This document shows, piece by piece, positions 25,971 through 37,639 of a stretch of DNA of 64,000 nucleotides; within the stretch, counting starts at the first letter, position 1, and the number at the start of each line of letters is the position of its first letter. Source of the DNA: Lingula anatina (taxonomy: Eukaryota; Animalia; Brachiopoda); contig CM120642.1 of NCBI GenBank assembly GCA_051362555.1, forward strand, positions 13,330,001 to 13,394,000, in the 5' to 3' direction. A program made the position numbers and the translations under genes. The notes under the pieces were generated by a model. It saw nothing but the letters and a program-made list of their open reading frames with translations. It had not been told where the DNA came from and searched no databases.

Positions 25971-27903
25971 AGACATATACATAAATTTCACTATTTGGCA
26001 TACTTCCTTCTAAAACATGTACCAGACAACTTGTGTAGTAGCAGGTTTTACTGACATAACACCCCCAGCCAAATTTTATATCACAAACAGGTAGATCTAG
26101 TTACTATCCAGGTACTTGCTTGGCTCTGCTAGGTTGTTGTGTTTTGTTTGTGTTGGCTTAGCTGCTGTTTTAAGCTTTTTTTTTTTCAATGAGCTCTGCT
26201 GCAACTTCTGACATTTTCTGTTAATTTTATTTTCAATATTTTGCCCCAAGATTAGTGAAAGCTTACTCTGCATCAGCCAAATAAACTTCCCACGAGGTAC
26301 AGAGTAACTGTTTATCATGCAGCTAGCAACAGGTTAATACCATTCACAAATGAAATAGAAAATGTTTTGAATGTGCACCAGTAAGTGTTTGGCACAAAGC
26401 ACTGTCTGGTTTTGATTAAATCTACAGGTAGAGAACACAACACTTTACACCCACGCACATCCAAATTCGACACTACTCCTTCACTGTAAAAAAGTTTTAT
26501 TACCTTTCACTACATCAGCAAAAACAAAACTTACAGCAGCTGTTGCTGTATTTTATGACAGTTGCAATATTGTACCTTGAAACTGGGATAGATCTAACTT
26601 TCTGTTTCATATGGCCTATCTCTTTCAGGAACCACAATAAAATCAACTTTATATGTTCCTTAACTGTTGCAATTGCTAGTGGGAGTGAAGGCTTTATTAA
26701 CCAGTGTCATGAAAGGTGAATACAAATTAGTTTATTGAAAGTAGTTTTTGAGCCTAGTATGTATGGTGACTACTTCATATGATATTAACGCTGAAAGTCA
26801 TTAATTTACACATAATTGCTATTATTTTAAATTACATCAATTCTATACTTCAATTTTATTTAAAATAAAAAAATGTTCTCAACTTCAGCCATAACTTAAA
26901 AGTATACAGAAACCTTGGCAGTGAATAATATTAATTTAATTAATATTAACAGGTGGGTGTAAGATGTTCAGTCTGTCTGTGTTTAGTGATACACTGGAAG
27001 CTTACCTGAGCTCTCATGAGTTGACCCAATTCAAATTCTATTAAGGAATGTGAACTGTCACAAGACCGCAACTTTCAGAGAGAACAAGGGGTTTGTTTGT
27101 TTGGTCAGTTGATCCAGTGGGCCTGCAGCTTATATTGGGTGACCATTCCTATACTGACCAGCTCCAAACAGCTATACAGACACAAGGTGTGCTCTCGGCA
27201 CATGACATTTACTGTACAGTTATCTTAACAATTCCTGCTTATACAGAAGGAATGTGTATGTGTGTGCATATTTGTTACCAGCCTGTAGAATTGTGCTGGA
27301 TATTTGACAAAGAATGCTTCAGATACAGAAAATAAGAACATAATACTTTGCTAAATACTACTTGCTTGTACCACTGGAAGTCTAATATAACAATTGCCTA
27401 TCTTTTTATATCAAACCCATATCTACAAATGTGTGTACAGTACCTGAATAACAGACTACTAGTATCTTTCAGATTGTTTGTGATTGTTTCATATGACACA
27501 CTCAAGAGGGTTTTGATTATCAGGACATTGTTTACTCTATGCTGAATCACAATCACTCTGTATATAATGACCACACGCACTGCCATATAAGGATTGTATT
27601 AAATAATTTTAAAGCTGGGGACTGTCCTCCTCTATTACAGTTTTACTACTACTGCTTCTACCACATATTGACCCTATACATGTGTGACTCAATGTCATCA
27701 TGTGGTCACATCTACTTCATCTATCTTCTATTAGAAATAAATGTCCTTTTTATTACCATGCACTGTTACTAGCTTATCTTTCCTTGTGTCGACAGCCTGA
27801 AGGCTTTGTCGATCATCTTCAAGATAAATATATTAATACACCTGTACATGCCATATATTTTATCAAGACCTGCCCCCCCAGTTTTAATTTAGTCCCTTGT
27901 TGG

Positions 27904-28170
27904 TACATAAAAATCAAGATTAGATACGATTTAATCTTTCTTCTCTAAATACACTGGCAAATTAATTTGTCTACATATTACACAATGTTTACCTGTGAGT
28001 AAAAAAAAAAAAGATTCTGGTTCTGCTTAATCGCAGTGTTAATTCACTATCTTGTTGGTACTAGTACGTAAAAATCAAGATTAGACACTTTTTAATCTTT
28101 TCTCTCTAGATACATTGGAAGAATAGGATGTCTACATATTACTCACTGTTTACCTATGAGTAAAAAAAAA
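27904..28170. repeat. Diverged tandem duplication, ~160-bp period
   Basis: AAAAATCAAGATTAGA...GTCTACATATTAC...TGTTTACCT(G/A)TGAGTAAAAAAAAA occurs twice (~27908 and ~28069). Confidence 0.75.
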
Positions 28171-29092
28171 TCTGATACAGGTTCGAATACTTAACCCAAC
28201 CCCTTTCCCTCCACGAGCAGCTCTTCATAGCATTCCCTCATTCAACGGTAAAAAATTCAGTGACTGAGTACAATATTCCACACTGGCCACTTACATCCCA
28301 TTCCCTCTTAAATATACCCGCATCACAACTGTTTGATCACTGGAGTTAACAAGTCACCTTACACTTACATTGATCTGGCTCATGATACTGTCACCTGCCT
28401 GGAGTAGACTCAATACAATGCACCTGGCATGCGGAACATGCAGATTACTCAACATTTAAGAGTGGAGACTTAAAACATGTGAAACCTGCCACAATCTACA
28501 TAGCACTGTAAACAACCTAAACCACTAGAATACCTGTTCTATAGTGTCCCTTTGCTTGATACTCTGTACTTCTAGCATCTGAAACACAAATTAGTGTTGC
28601 TACAATTAGAATGAAACAGGAAATACCACAGTTATCCTAAAATAGGTTTGAGTTTACAGTCATGGATGCCATGCTAATCTGGTGATGTCTTGTACATATA
28701 CTGCAAGTTGCACTGATAACCTACATCCATTGATGAAAGCTCATCAATCAGGGCTAGAAATCACGCACACTGAAGTATAAAATATACTGCAAGATCTTTT
28801 GACTCTGGCTCTTGTATCCAATCTAAACATTGATCCGTACAGTCAATATTGACTTACCCTTACTTCAACAAAAAAAACTACAACACTAAGCATGACAACC
28901 AGGCTGATATTCCAACACAACCTCATAGAAATGGCGTTCATACCCTTTCCACTTGTTTTTAGGTTCCCTTTTCTCCTGCTTAAACCACATAGATGCCATG
29001 AAAAAAATTTGAATCCCTTTCAAATGCAGTTTCTACACATGATGTTCTGAAGGTTAATTTTGGAGATGGAAAGGCAGGTGGGGAAGGGGGGG

Positions 29093-29126
<34 letters not shown>

Positions 29127-31130
29127 TCAAATGTGGTAACAGGGACCAGATTTTGCTGTACGTGAAAGATGACTGCTTTATCAAAGTCATAAAGAGGAGG
29201 GGCATGGGCAGGTGTTAGCAAGATATGTCATACGTATAATCTTGTTAAAGAAACACTGTAAATAGGTGTGTGTGTGTGTGTGTGTGTGTTAAGAGGTCTC
29301 CCTGTACAATAATTTTTCCATTAGCTAATGAGAGAAAATTTAAACCAAACACAATCATACCTGTCACAACCTCATTCCCTGATGAAATCTGACTGCAAGC
29401 AGATGAAATATTGGATGGTAAGATCAAACTTATATAAATAGCTATAGACAAAAGAATCTTCACAAGTCTATTACAATAACATATCTGAAACTGTTCTACA
29501 AAACACAATTTTAAGTTTAACCAATGATAACTTTGGCTAATAGCAATGAAATATTCTACATCACCCCAGCCTTATTATCTAATAAATATGAATCCATCAC
29601 TGAAATTCTTTCAAAATGTGGACATTTTTATAAATATTTATCAAAAAAAATTAAGACAAGATACTTTGCTGCTAAGCTAAGATAATTTGAAAAACCACTT
29701 TTATCTGAGAAACTCACTTGGACAAAAAATTATTTATATACAGAAATGACCCCAGAAAAATCAATACAAGCAGCCCCCCCCCCCCCTTCCAGTCCACTTG
29801 AATTCAATTCAATGCCTCCTGGCAATTTTAATTAAGACATTGACTGGAGCTTTCCATCTACCAGCACCCAGGACTAAATTGAACAATAACATGCAATGGC
29901 CAAATTTTCCTGTTGCATATAGTTACAGTCACGACATAACAATAATGTTAAATATATATGTGTACTGAGAAGGGGCATGGCATGCCTGTTCTGGGTCTAT
30001 CCTTTTAAGCATCCTGTGAGCTCATATGTTGAACATCGCTATCATTCACAAACATATTTAAAATTGACTCATCTAAACTACGCACCTGCCCTAAACCAGT
30101 TTTCAAAATTTTTTTCTCTACCACAAATTCCTACATTTATACCAGTGTATTGCTCATGTTTATAAGTAAACACACATAGTCACACAAACACCAAAAAAGA
30201 AAGGAATAACCTTAATATTCTATAGAGATATATCAATGGCAAAACTAGTATCATTACTGAATCTTCTATTAATGCACCTTCAGTCCTTCCTTTGCTTTAC
30301 CACAAGTGAAGATAGAAAACAAAACCAATTTTAGCTGTTCATGTCAAAGTCATACAGTACCTCCATCATTCAAACACCAGACCTGTATAATTTCACTGTT
30401 GAGATGACAAAGACTATGATATATTAATACATAAATTCACTGGTTCTTGGATCTCCACCAGCTGTTGTTAAATGGTTACAGTAAACCCTAGTTAAAGCAC
30501 CCATATATGGGATTCTGGCACCCAAAAATTTGCACGATAAAATATACGCGGGTGCACAATTTTTCTAGCACAAATTTATAAACCTCACTCTATTGAGATC
30601 CACACTTTAAGGGTTTATTTTCTGTATTTCAAAGTTTTATTCTCCGCTTGGCTTAAGCTGATTACATGCATTATATGCACTTTCACTTCATGTGAAGACA
30701 TTTTTGAGTAGGTGGTACTAGTAATGTCATTACCTGAAATGGATTACCATGCCCAAAGACAAGCTATGAATCTAAAAAAAAGTAGGAAGGTTTATACCAC
30801 TGACAATCCTGTTTGCTATCAGTTGACAAAAAGGCTAATGCACAATTTTTTATATAAAAGAGCTGTTGTGCCCCTTGTGCCTGCCATCCACATATTACCT
30901 AATTTTTAGAAACAAGACAGAGCATTAATATGTTTCTTTCTTGGAATATCAAATAAGTCAGAAAGTTATATATTATATTGGTACAGATTAAAGTTATCTA
31001 GCTAGGTCAGGTATTTATCTAGCTAAGTCAGCCTGACCAGTAAATGTAAGGATTGACTATGCACATGTTAAAAAACTGGTATCTCTGACAATTTGTCACA
31101 ATGGACAAGTGAAAAAAATATAATCTTAAA

Positions 31131-31170
31131 TGTGTGTGTGTGTGTGTGTATGTGTTTGTGGGCACGTACG

Positions 31171-31232
<62 letters not shown>
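31131..31232. repeat. (TG)n microsatellite, interrupted
   Basis: Direct reading. Confidence 0.95.
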
Positions 31233-31236
<4 letters not shown>

Positions 31237-32800
31237 TGATACTATTGTAGGCTGTTATTGATTTTACTGCTACTTTCTATTCAACAGACCACTGGAAATA
31301 TTATGACTACTGAAACTCAAATAATAAACGTACTCTTCTGTAAACACAAAACAAATCTTGACCAAATCACCAGTTGTTTTACACATCAAGTGCAAGGTTA
31401 AACATCTGCAAAAAAATTGCTACCGCCCTTTCCAAAAAGAAAACTAAAAACCTTCTTCCATATTGAAATTAGAACTTATTAGTGTTCCAGGCAACAAGGC
31501 AGCAGTCTTAAGAATTGCCTATGATTGAGGTGTTCTCCATTGATTTCCCAATGGACAAGCTTTGATGTGCTTGTAGTCATCAATACTTGATTAAAGTTGT
31601 ATGGGAAGCAGAGGAATGTGGCCTCTAGTACTCCTTGTCATGCATTTAAACAATTACTGGAGAATTAACAATGCATGCCAACACAACATAAGAAACAACA
31701 GACTGGAGTCACTGAAATAGGGTGGAATGTCACTAAAGAGAAAATTTTAATATAGTGTGTGCATGTGCATTTTTTTTAAAAATCAGAAATAGTTTTCTCT
31801 CTCACTATTGTCATCTACATGTCATCATTTTGATTATCCACAGCATGCCAGCTGTTGGTAGCTGTAAGTTATTTCTATCATAATAAATAATGTCATACTT
31901 AACTGACTGACCCATTTAACAGAGAAAATGTGATATAAAATGAACTAACCACAAAGCTATCTAATCAGTGGCATGTACCAGCATGTTACATTTGTACATG
32001 GCTTATTTATGTCTTGTTTTCACATGCTACATTTAAAACTGTTTCAGAATCTATGGCAAGCATTAAGATTTTTGGTAAAAATTCATTTTCATCAAATAAC
32101 CAAAATCAAAATAGCAGATGGACAAAAATCTTATAACTAAGAAAACATACGGTAGATCAGGTCAATGCTCTTTGCTAAAAGTCACAAATACCTTATTTAT
32201 CTTTTGTAGCTCATCTTTTTTTCAGCACAAGTCTGCTTGTTAATGCATGTCTAAGAACAACACAAACAAATTTTTTACAAACAACTAGCCTTGCTCTTTT
32301 TTTATTCACATTCCCCCAGTTATGTAATTAAACTGCCCTAATCAACTTAAAATAAATAAATAAATCATTCACGTCAAAAGCAAATGCTCATGTCTGTGCA
32401 AATCGGCACGGCTTGCAGACCAAACACTAAATGGCTATTTATCACCAAGCTTGTGCAGTAACATCTGGCGGTAGATTTGGCCTTTATACATTAACAGTAA
32501 ATAAGATTTATTAGCACATTAAAAAAGTTAGAAAAATTGATGCATGGCAAAGCTAATTAAATTGTGAAAATATCTCCCAATGCGACGGTCTACGCTGAGT
32601 TCTCATAATTCTATTCATCCCTTGAGCTATAACCACTGCCAAACAATCACTGTGCTGTAGGCAATACATGTACGAGAACATGTATTATAACTGTACACTA
32701 ACTATATACCGACTTCATAATCTTAATTCCACTTCATTGTGAGACAGAGGGTAACCGAGATTGACAGCGTCTTAAAAGTTACTATTTCATTTCAACTTAC

Positions 32801-33000
32801 CTGTCTGTCAGTGGCTATATATCCCCTTGGGCTTAATGTACATCTTTATAACTTCTTTCAAATACTTCAGGTCAAAATCACTTTAGAACTTCCAATGTTA
32901 TTCCCCTCCCCATTTCTCCTTCCAAAGATGGCTGACACCCAAGCTAAGGAGGTCAAGGTCGAGAGGTCAAAAGTAACCGGAAGTAAACAAAACAAACTAT
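32801..33000. promoter_or_regulatory. Probable bidirectional promoter / first exons of CRACD-like (-) and UPF0462-like (+)
   Basis: Minus-strand donor CAG|GTAAGT at 32801/32800 and plus-strand donor TAT|GTGAGT at 33000/33001. YY1-like AAGATGGC at ~32925 and ETS site CCGGAAGT at ~32977. Confidence 0.55.
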
Positions 33001-35803
33001 GTGAGTACGATAGCTTTGTTGAGTTTCTCAATTTTGTTTCTTTTACACCAACGTTGGTTCATGAAATCTATTCCTGACAGTTGTGTCATATAGAAGCGTT
33101 GTTGTAAACGTCATTTTAGGTGCTGCATAGTGATGAATGGCACGTGCTCATTAGTTTTGTATTAACACTAATGTTAGTACGTGTAGAAGTACATGTGTGT
33201 ACAACTTTCCAACTCTTCTTACTTCGTCTACATTTTTGCCTCAATTCTCGACCTTAGGTGCAAAGTTCTTACCGCGAAGCATATAAGGCCGAAAACTGAG
33301 GCAATCTAGTTTTCAGTCATGGCACACACACCCTGATTATACCGTCTAAATTAAGAACACACTTTACCTGTTGCAACAAGTGGATGTGTAGAAATGAAAG
33401 ATGGGGCAGAACAAACCAAATTACTAAATAAATAAATAAATATAAATAAAGACAGCTACAACATGATTTTCTTGTGGCAAAGTTAAATGTTTCAGTTTAA
33501 GCAATAATTGATTGAATTATATGCAGAGATTTTTATTACTCAGTATGTTGACATTAAACTCATTTTCTGCAGTGAATGTAGTGCAGTAGACAGGCAAAGT
33601 GTATGTAATAAAATAGGACACTAAAAAAAGTGATGTGAAATGCAGTTAAACACCAAAAGCATATGCAATTCCTTTAAAATGTTCTTTCTTGTATATATGG
33701 TACAGTGTAGTGAATTGTAGTAATTACAATACTGATATAAATATATCATGCAATACTTGCACTGTTTTAGCTTAGATTTTAGATAAATGATTAAAAAACA
33801 GTTCTACACTGTATGTTGTACAGTGCAGGAGCCCTAGGCTTAGTTGTTCAGGCATTAGTATTATGCAGGAATGAGGTTTTTTCAAGTCATATAATCTGAC
33901 TTTTTCACTAAATGGCAGTCTTATCCATGATTAAGATTCGCTGTATTATTATGCTTATTATGCCCTTTTCTTAGACAACCTCTCAATCTATGAAAGTACA
34001 CGGTAGTTTTTACTGCACTCTAAGAAATTGGAAACTTTAAAGATCCAAGTGTTTCATATATCATATCATTCCAGGCTTCTTACATACCACATTAACTGTC
34101 ACTGGAATGGTCAGCCTCTTGACCACCTGTCCACTGAGTTGTCCCTACAGAAGCACGGCGGGGACTTAAAGCTTGAGATCATGTCTCCTTTCTTCAACAC
34201 ACCCAGCCCTGCAGGACAGCCTGGTCAGCCATTTCCACAGCTGTGGGATGAGGGAGAAGGTAATAGCCCAGTTCTAGATTCACAGTTGGGAAGAACAGGG
34301 CACTGGGTCAGGTGTAAATGTTTTGTGTTACATTTACATTGTTCCTTGATCTCAAACAAATTGAAATAGAGAAGAAAATGTTTGTGCCAGTGTTCATATT
34401 AAGAAATCTGCTTACATATGATGAACAAGTAACATTTTTAACATGCCAAAAATAAATAAATATATACTAGTAAATATATTTTTAAAAAACTTCCTTTCCA
34501 TTGCACTTATAAAGATGATCATTTGAACTTACACATAATTGCAGTAGTTAACATATAAGTAAGCAAAAAAAAAAAAAAAAAGAATTCCACTTTATTTAGT
34601 GTATTCATTCTGTGCATTTTAGTTGTTGAGGCATTTTTCTTAAATGATGACAACCAGTACTTAGAAGTGGAGTTCTCACCGTAAGTATGACAACATATTT
34701 TTAAGACAATAAATATATCTGTTTAACTTTTTATCCTAAAAATCTTTTCAGTGTCTCTAGTTTTACAGTCAGTTAAAGTTTGGTAAAGGACAGAAAATTG
34801 AAACAAAAGTCTGTGCTTTAAGATCTTATTTTGTGTGAATGGTGTTCTGACAACCACACATAGCATTATAATGTATCTGACATAAATGTCTTGAATAATG
34901 TTATGTAATTGTAGGTATGGCCACCACTTAGTCCTTATGCTGAATGGTGTTAGGAAAAGCTTTAAGGTATGGCTTTTGAAGCCTGTTCAGATAACATAAA
35001 AATTCATATGATTCATGATTGAATGTTTCAAATGTTGGTCATCATTATGATCATCATCAGATTTAATAAGCTTTTATCATATTCTATATTTATCAGTATA
35101 CTTTATAATTATATGTTATTGATTTTCTATTCCAAGGATAAACTGCCCCTTCAGTTCAGTGCCAATATTGAAGATAAGAAGTGGACAGGCAGTGCGCTAA
35201 TCCCACTGCCCTATTTTCCTCCCAAAGTGACCAAGTTCAATGCCTACGCCATACACAACTGCAATAAGGAGAGACACTTTGAAGCACTCTATCCAGCTGA
35301 TGCAGAAAAACACACAGAACCCGATTTGTAAGGAAGAAAAAATAAATTACAAAATTTTTGATCACTATTAAAAAACCAAACATGTCTAAATTAATCTTTT
35401 GGGTTTTATTTATAATAAATTAAAGTATGTAAGATATCTTTGTACTTAATTTATTGAGAAAGAATTTTTTTTATTTTTGTTAAATTATGATCGAGCAGTT
35501 TACCCATAAACAACAGAGTTAAGAACCTGTACACAGTAAAAGTAAATGGTAGGTGATTTTCATATCCAGTGTTTCTATGTTTTACCCATGATATAGTCAC
35601 TCTTATCAGCTAACAGCCGTCATTAGAAAACAAGCAATACTGAACAACTATAAAGGTACTTTGAAAGTGAGGGTTACATAGGCTTGTATTTGTTGTTTTC
35701 CAGTCATAGGCTAGAATATTTCAAGCTAATAGATTTCAAGACACTTTTGCCAGAGAACTGGTCACCAGATCATAAGTCAGCCTGGTGGACACAAGACCAC
35801 TAG
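32928..35803 (+). CDS. C4orf33: UPF0462 protein C4orf33 homolog (~228 aa)
   Basis: Exons 32928-33000, 33975-34002, 34075-34259, 34623-34680, 34915-34966, 35137-35327 and 35704-35803 splice in frame (687 nt). Motifs PFF..P.P.GQPGQPFPQLWD..EVVEAFFLND..QYLEVE..P.GHHLVL.L.G, YFPP.VTKFNAYAIH, EALYP and PDFHRLEYFK match the family. The first two small exons are less certain. Confidence 0.92.
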
Positions 35804-36467
35804 ATCTGTACTGTACTGTGGACCACTGACCAAGACCCAACAGTGCCCTCTACTGGTGTTTTTGCATGCTGGTGAACTCCATCTACTTGTAACACCGAGG
35901 TTATTGTTAATTTGTTTCATTTTATTTGTTGATCTGTTTTTACTAAATCAAAAGTTATACTGGCACTAGCCATTAGTTTATAGTGCAGGTTTGTCACTAA
36001 ATTGCAGGGAAACTGAAGCACAATTAGTACTATGATATTTTCAAACATATCTAGTTTCAGCTTCATTCAAAATGATTGAATTGCAGGGAATCAGGTTCAA
36101 AATAATACCCAAGTATGGGTTTCTTTTCCTTTGTGGGACCAGTCCAATCTTGGGGTACACTACATGAAAGGACAGTCAAACTTTTTAAGGCATGGGGGCT
36201 TAATCAAGTGCGAGATATTATTCCATGAAGTGAGTTTTGAGTACATATTTTCAGTTAATTTTCCTCAGACCATCATTTATTCATTTAATTTGGTGTAATT
36301 TAATGCATTTGGGATTTTGGGTTGCTCCAATTGGATTTTTTTTTTAATCTCTTTGAAGTATATTGGTCCATGCTTGAGTTTGAACAACTTATGAAGATCA
36401 TGTCAAAATTTAATGTTAAAATGTTATCAGTCACAAAACTCATTTTGATTAAAAATACTTGCCCCCC

Positions 36468-36499
<32 letters not shown>

Positions 36500-37639
36500 T
36501 GCAAAATACAGAACAGCCTTTGGGAAGAATGCAATGTTAAAACATCAAAAATCAAAGGAAAATTTAAGCATATAAAATACTCAGCACAATATAATATCAA
36601 AATGGTCAATTAAGCTTACCCATTTATTTACACAATGTACACTGTTGACTTTAAGAACCAAGACTGTGATGAAAGATGTAATATCACTGAGGACAGAAAT
36701 TCACATAAAACAATATTCTCATCCTCTGAAAGAAATTGGGTGATTTACCAGTGATAAGGAAAAGCAGAGTTTGTGCAGATCTTGAGTAAACTTTCACCAC
36801 ACTAGGGTTCACACTGGCAAACTTTTCCTTTATAAAAGGTTAAGTTTTCTATTTGGCAAAAATTCTGGCAAAAATGCCGATTAAAAAATACATAATAATT
36901 ATTATATTATATGCCCAAGGTAAATGATACCTTTAAAATTATGAACATTTGGCAAAATAATGGACATGTATCTGTGAACTTGAAAACAAACAGTGTGCAA
37001 GTTTCTGCCCCAAACATCTATAACATGAATATATTTTCATTGAATGATTTGGACCCTTTTCCCCACTTTTTATAGTTATGACATCAAGTATGAGAAATGT
37101 TTAACATAACTTAAAAGATGTTGAGGTAAGGGACCAATTAGATACTTTCCTCAAGCACATTACAGGTAAATTTTACAAAACCATGAACAATGTAGAAGTA
37201 CCAGAACCAGTTAACTTTTTTTAGATGCTAAATGGCATATTTAAAATGAATTGAAAATCAAAGCACACAAATACAGTCAAAATGTGCAATATTTGCTGCC
37301 TGATGCTATTTGCTATGATATGGACCAGAAATAGATAAAATAGGAAAGTGCAGAAGAAATATATCAATCCTCTTTTTCCTGGAAAATCTAATAAAAAAAT
37401 TTTCAAATATACATATCAGGTGTTTGTTCTTATTGGATCAAAAACAACTGAAAAACTTGAAAATATTTTAGCCTGTGAATACGAAATCACAATCTTTTTA
37501 CAATCAGGAAGTTTTACTTTTTACATAATACACAATTTCCAAATCTTACATGCACAGTCAACATGCCACAATATGTAAGTGTATAAATTTCTGTACTAGT
37601 TCCTAATGTAGGTAAAATGTTATATGTTCAGTTATGTGA

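Noticed and set aside
22000-32700. Numerous 60-90 aa ORFs in the long CRACD-like 5' intron
   Set aside because: Composition typical of random AT-rich or microsatellite translation, with no coherent exon chain.
33990-34002. ATG at 33990 as the C4orf33 start
   Set aside because: Out of frame with the 34075 exon after splicing.
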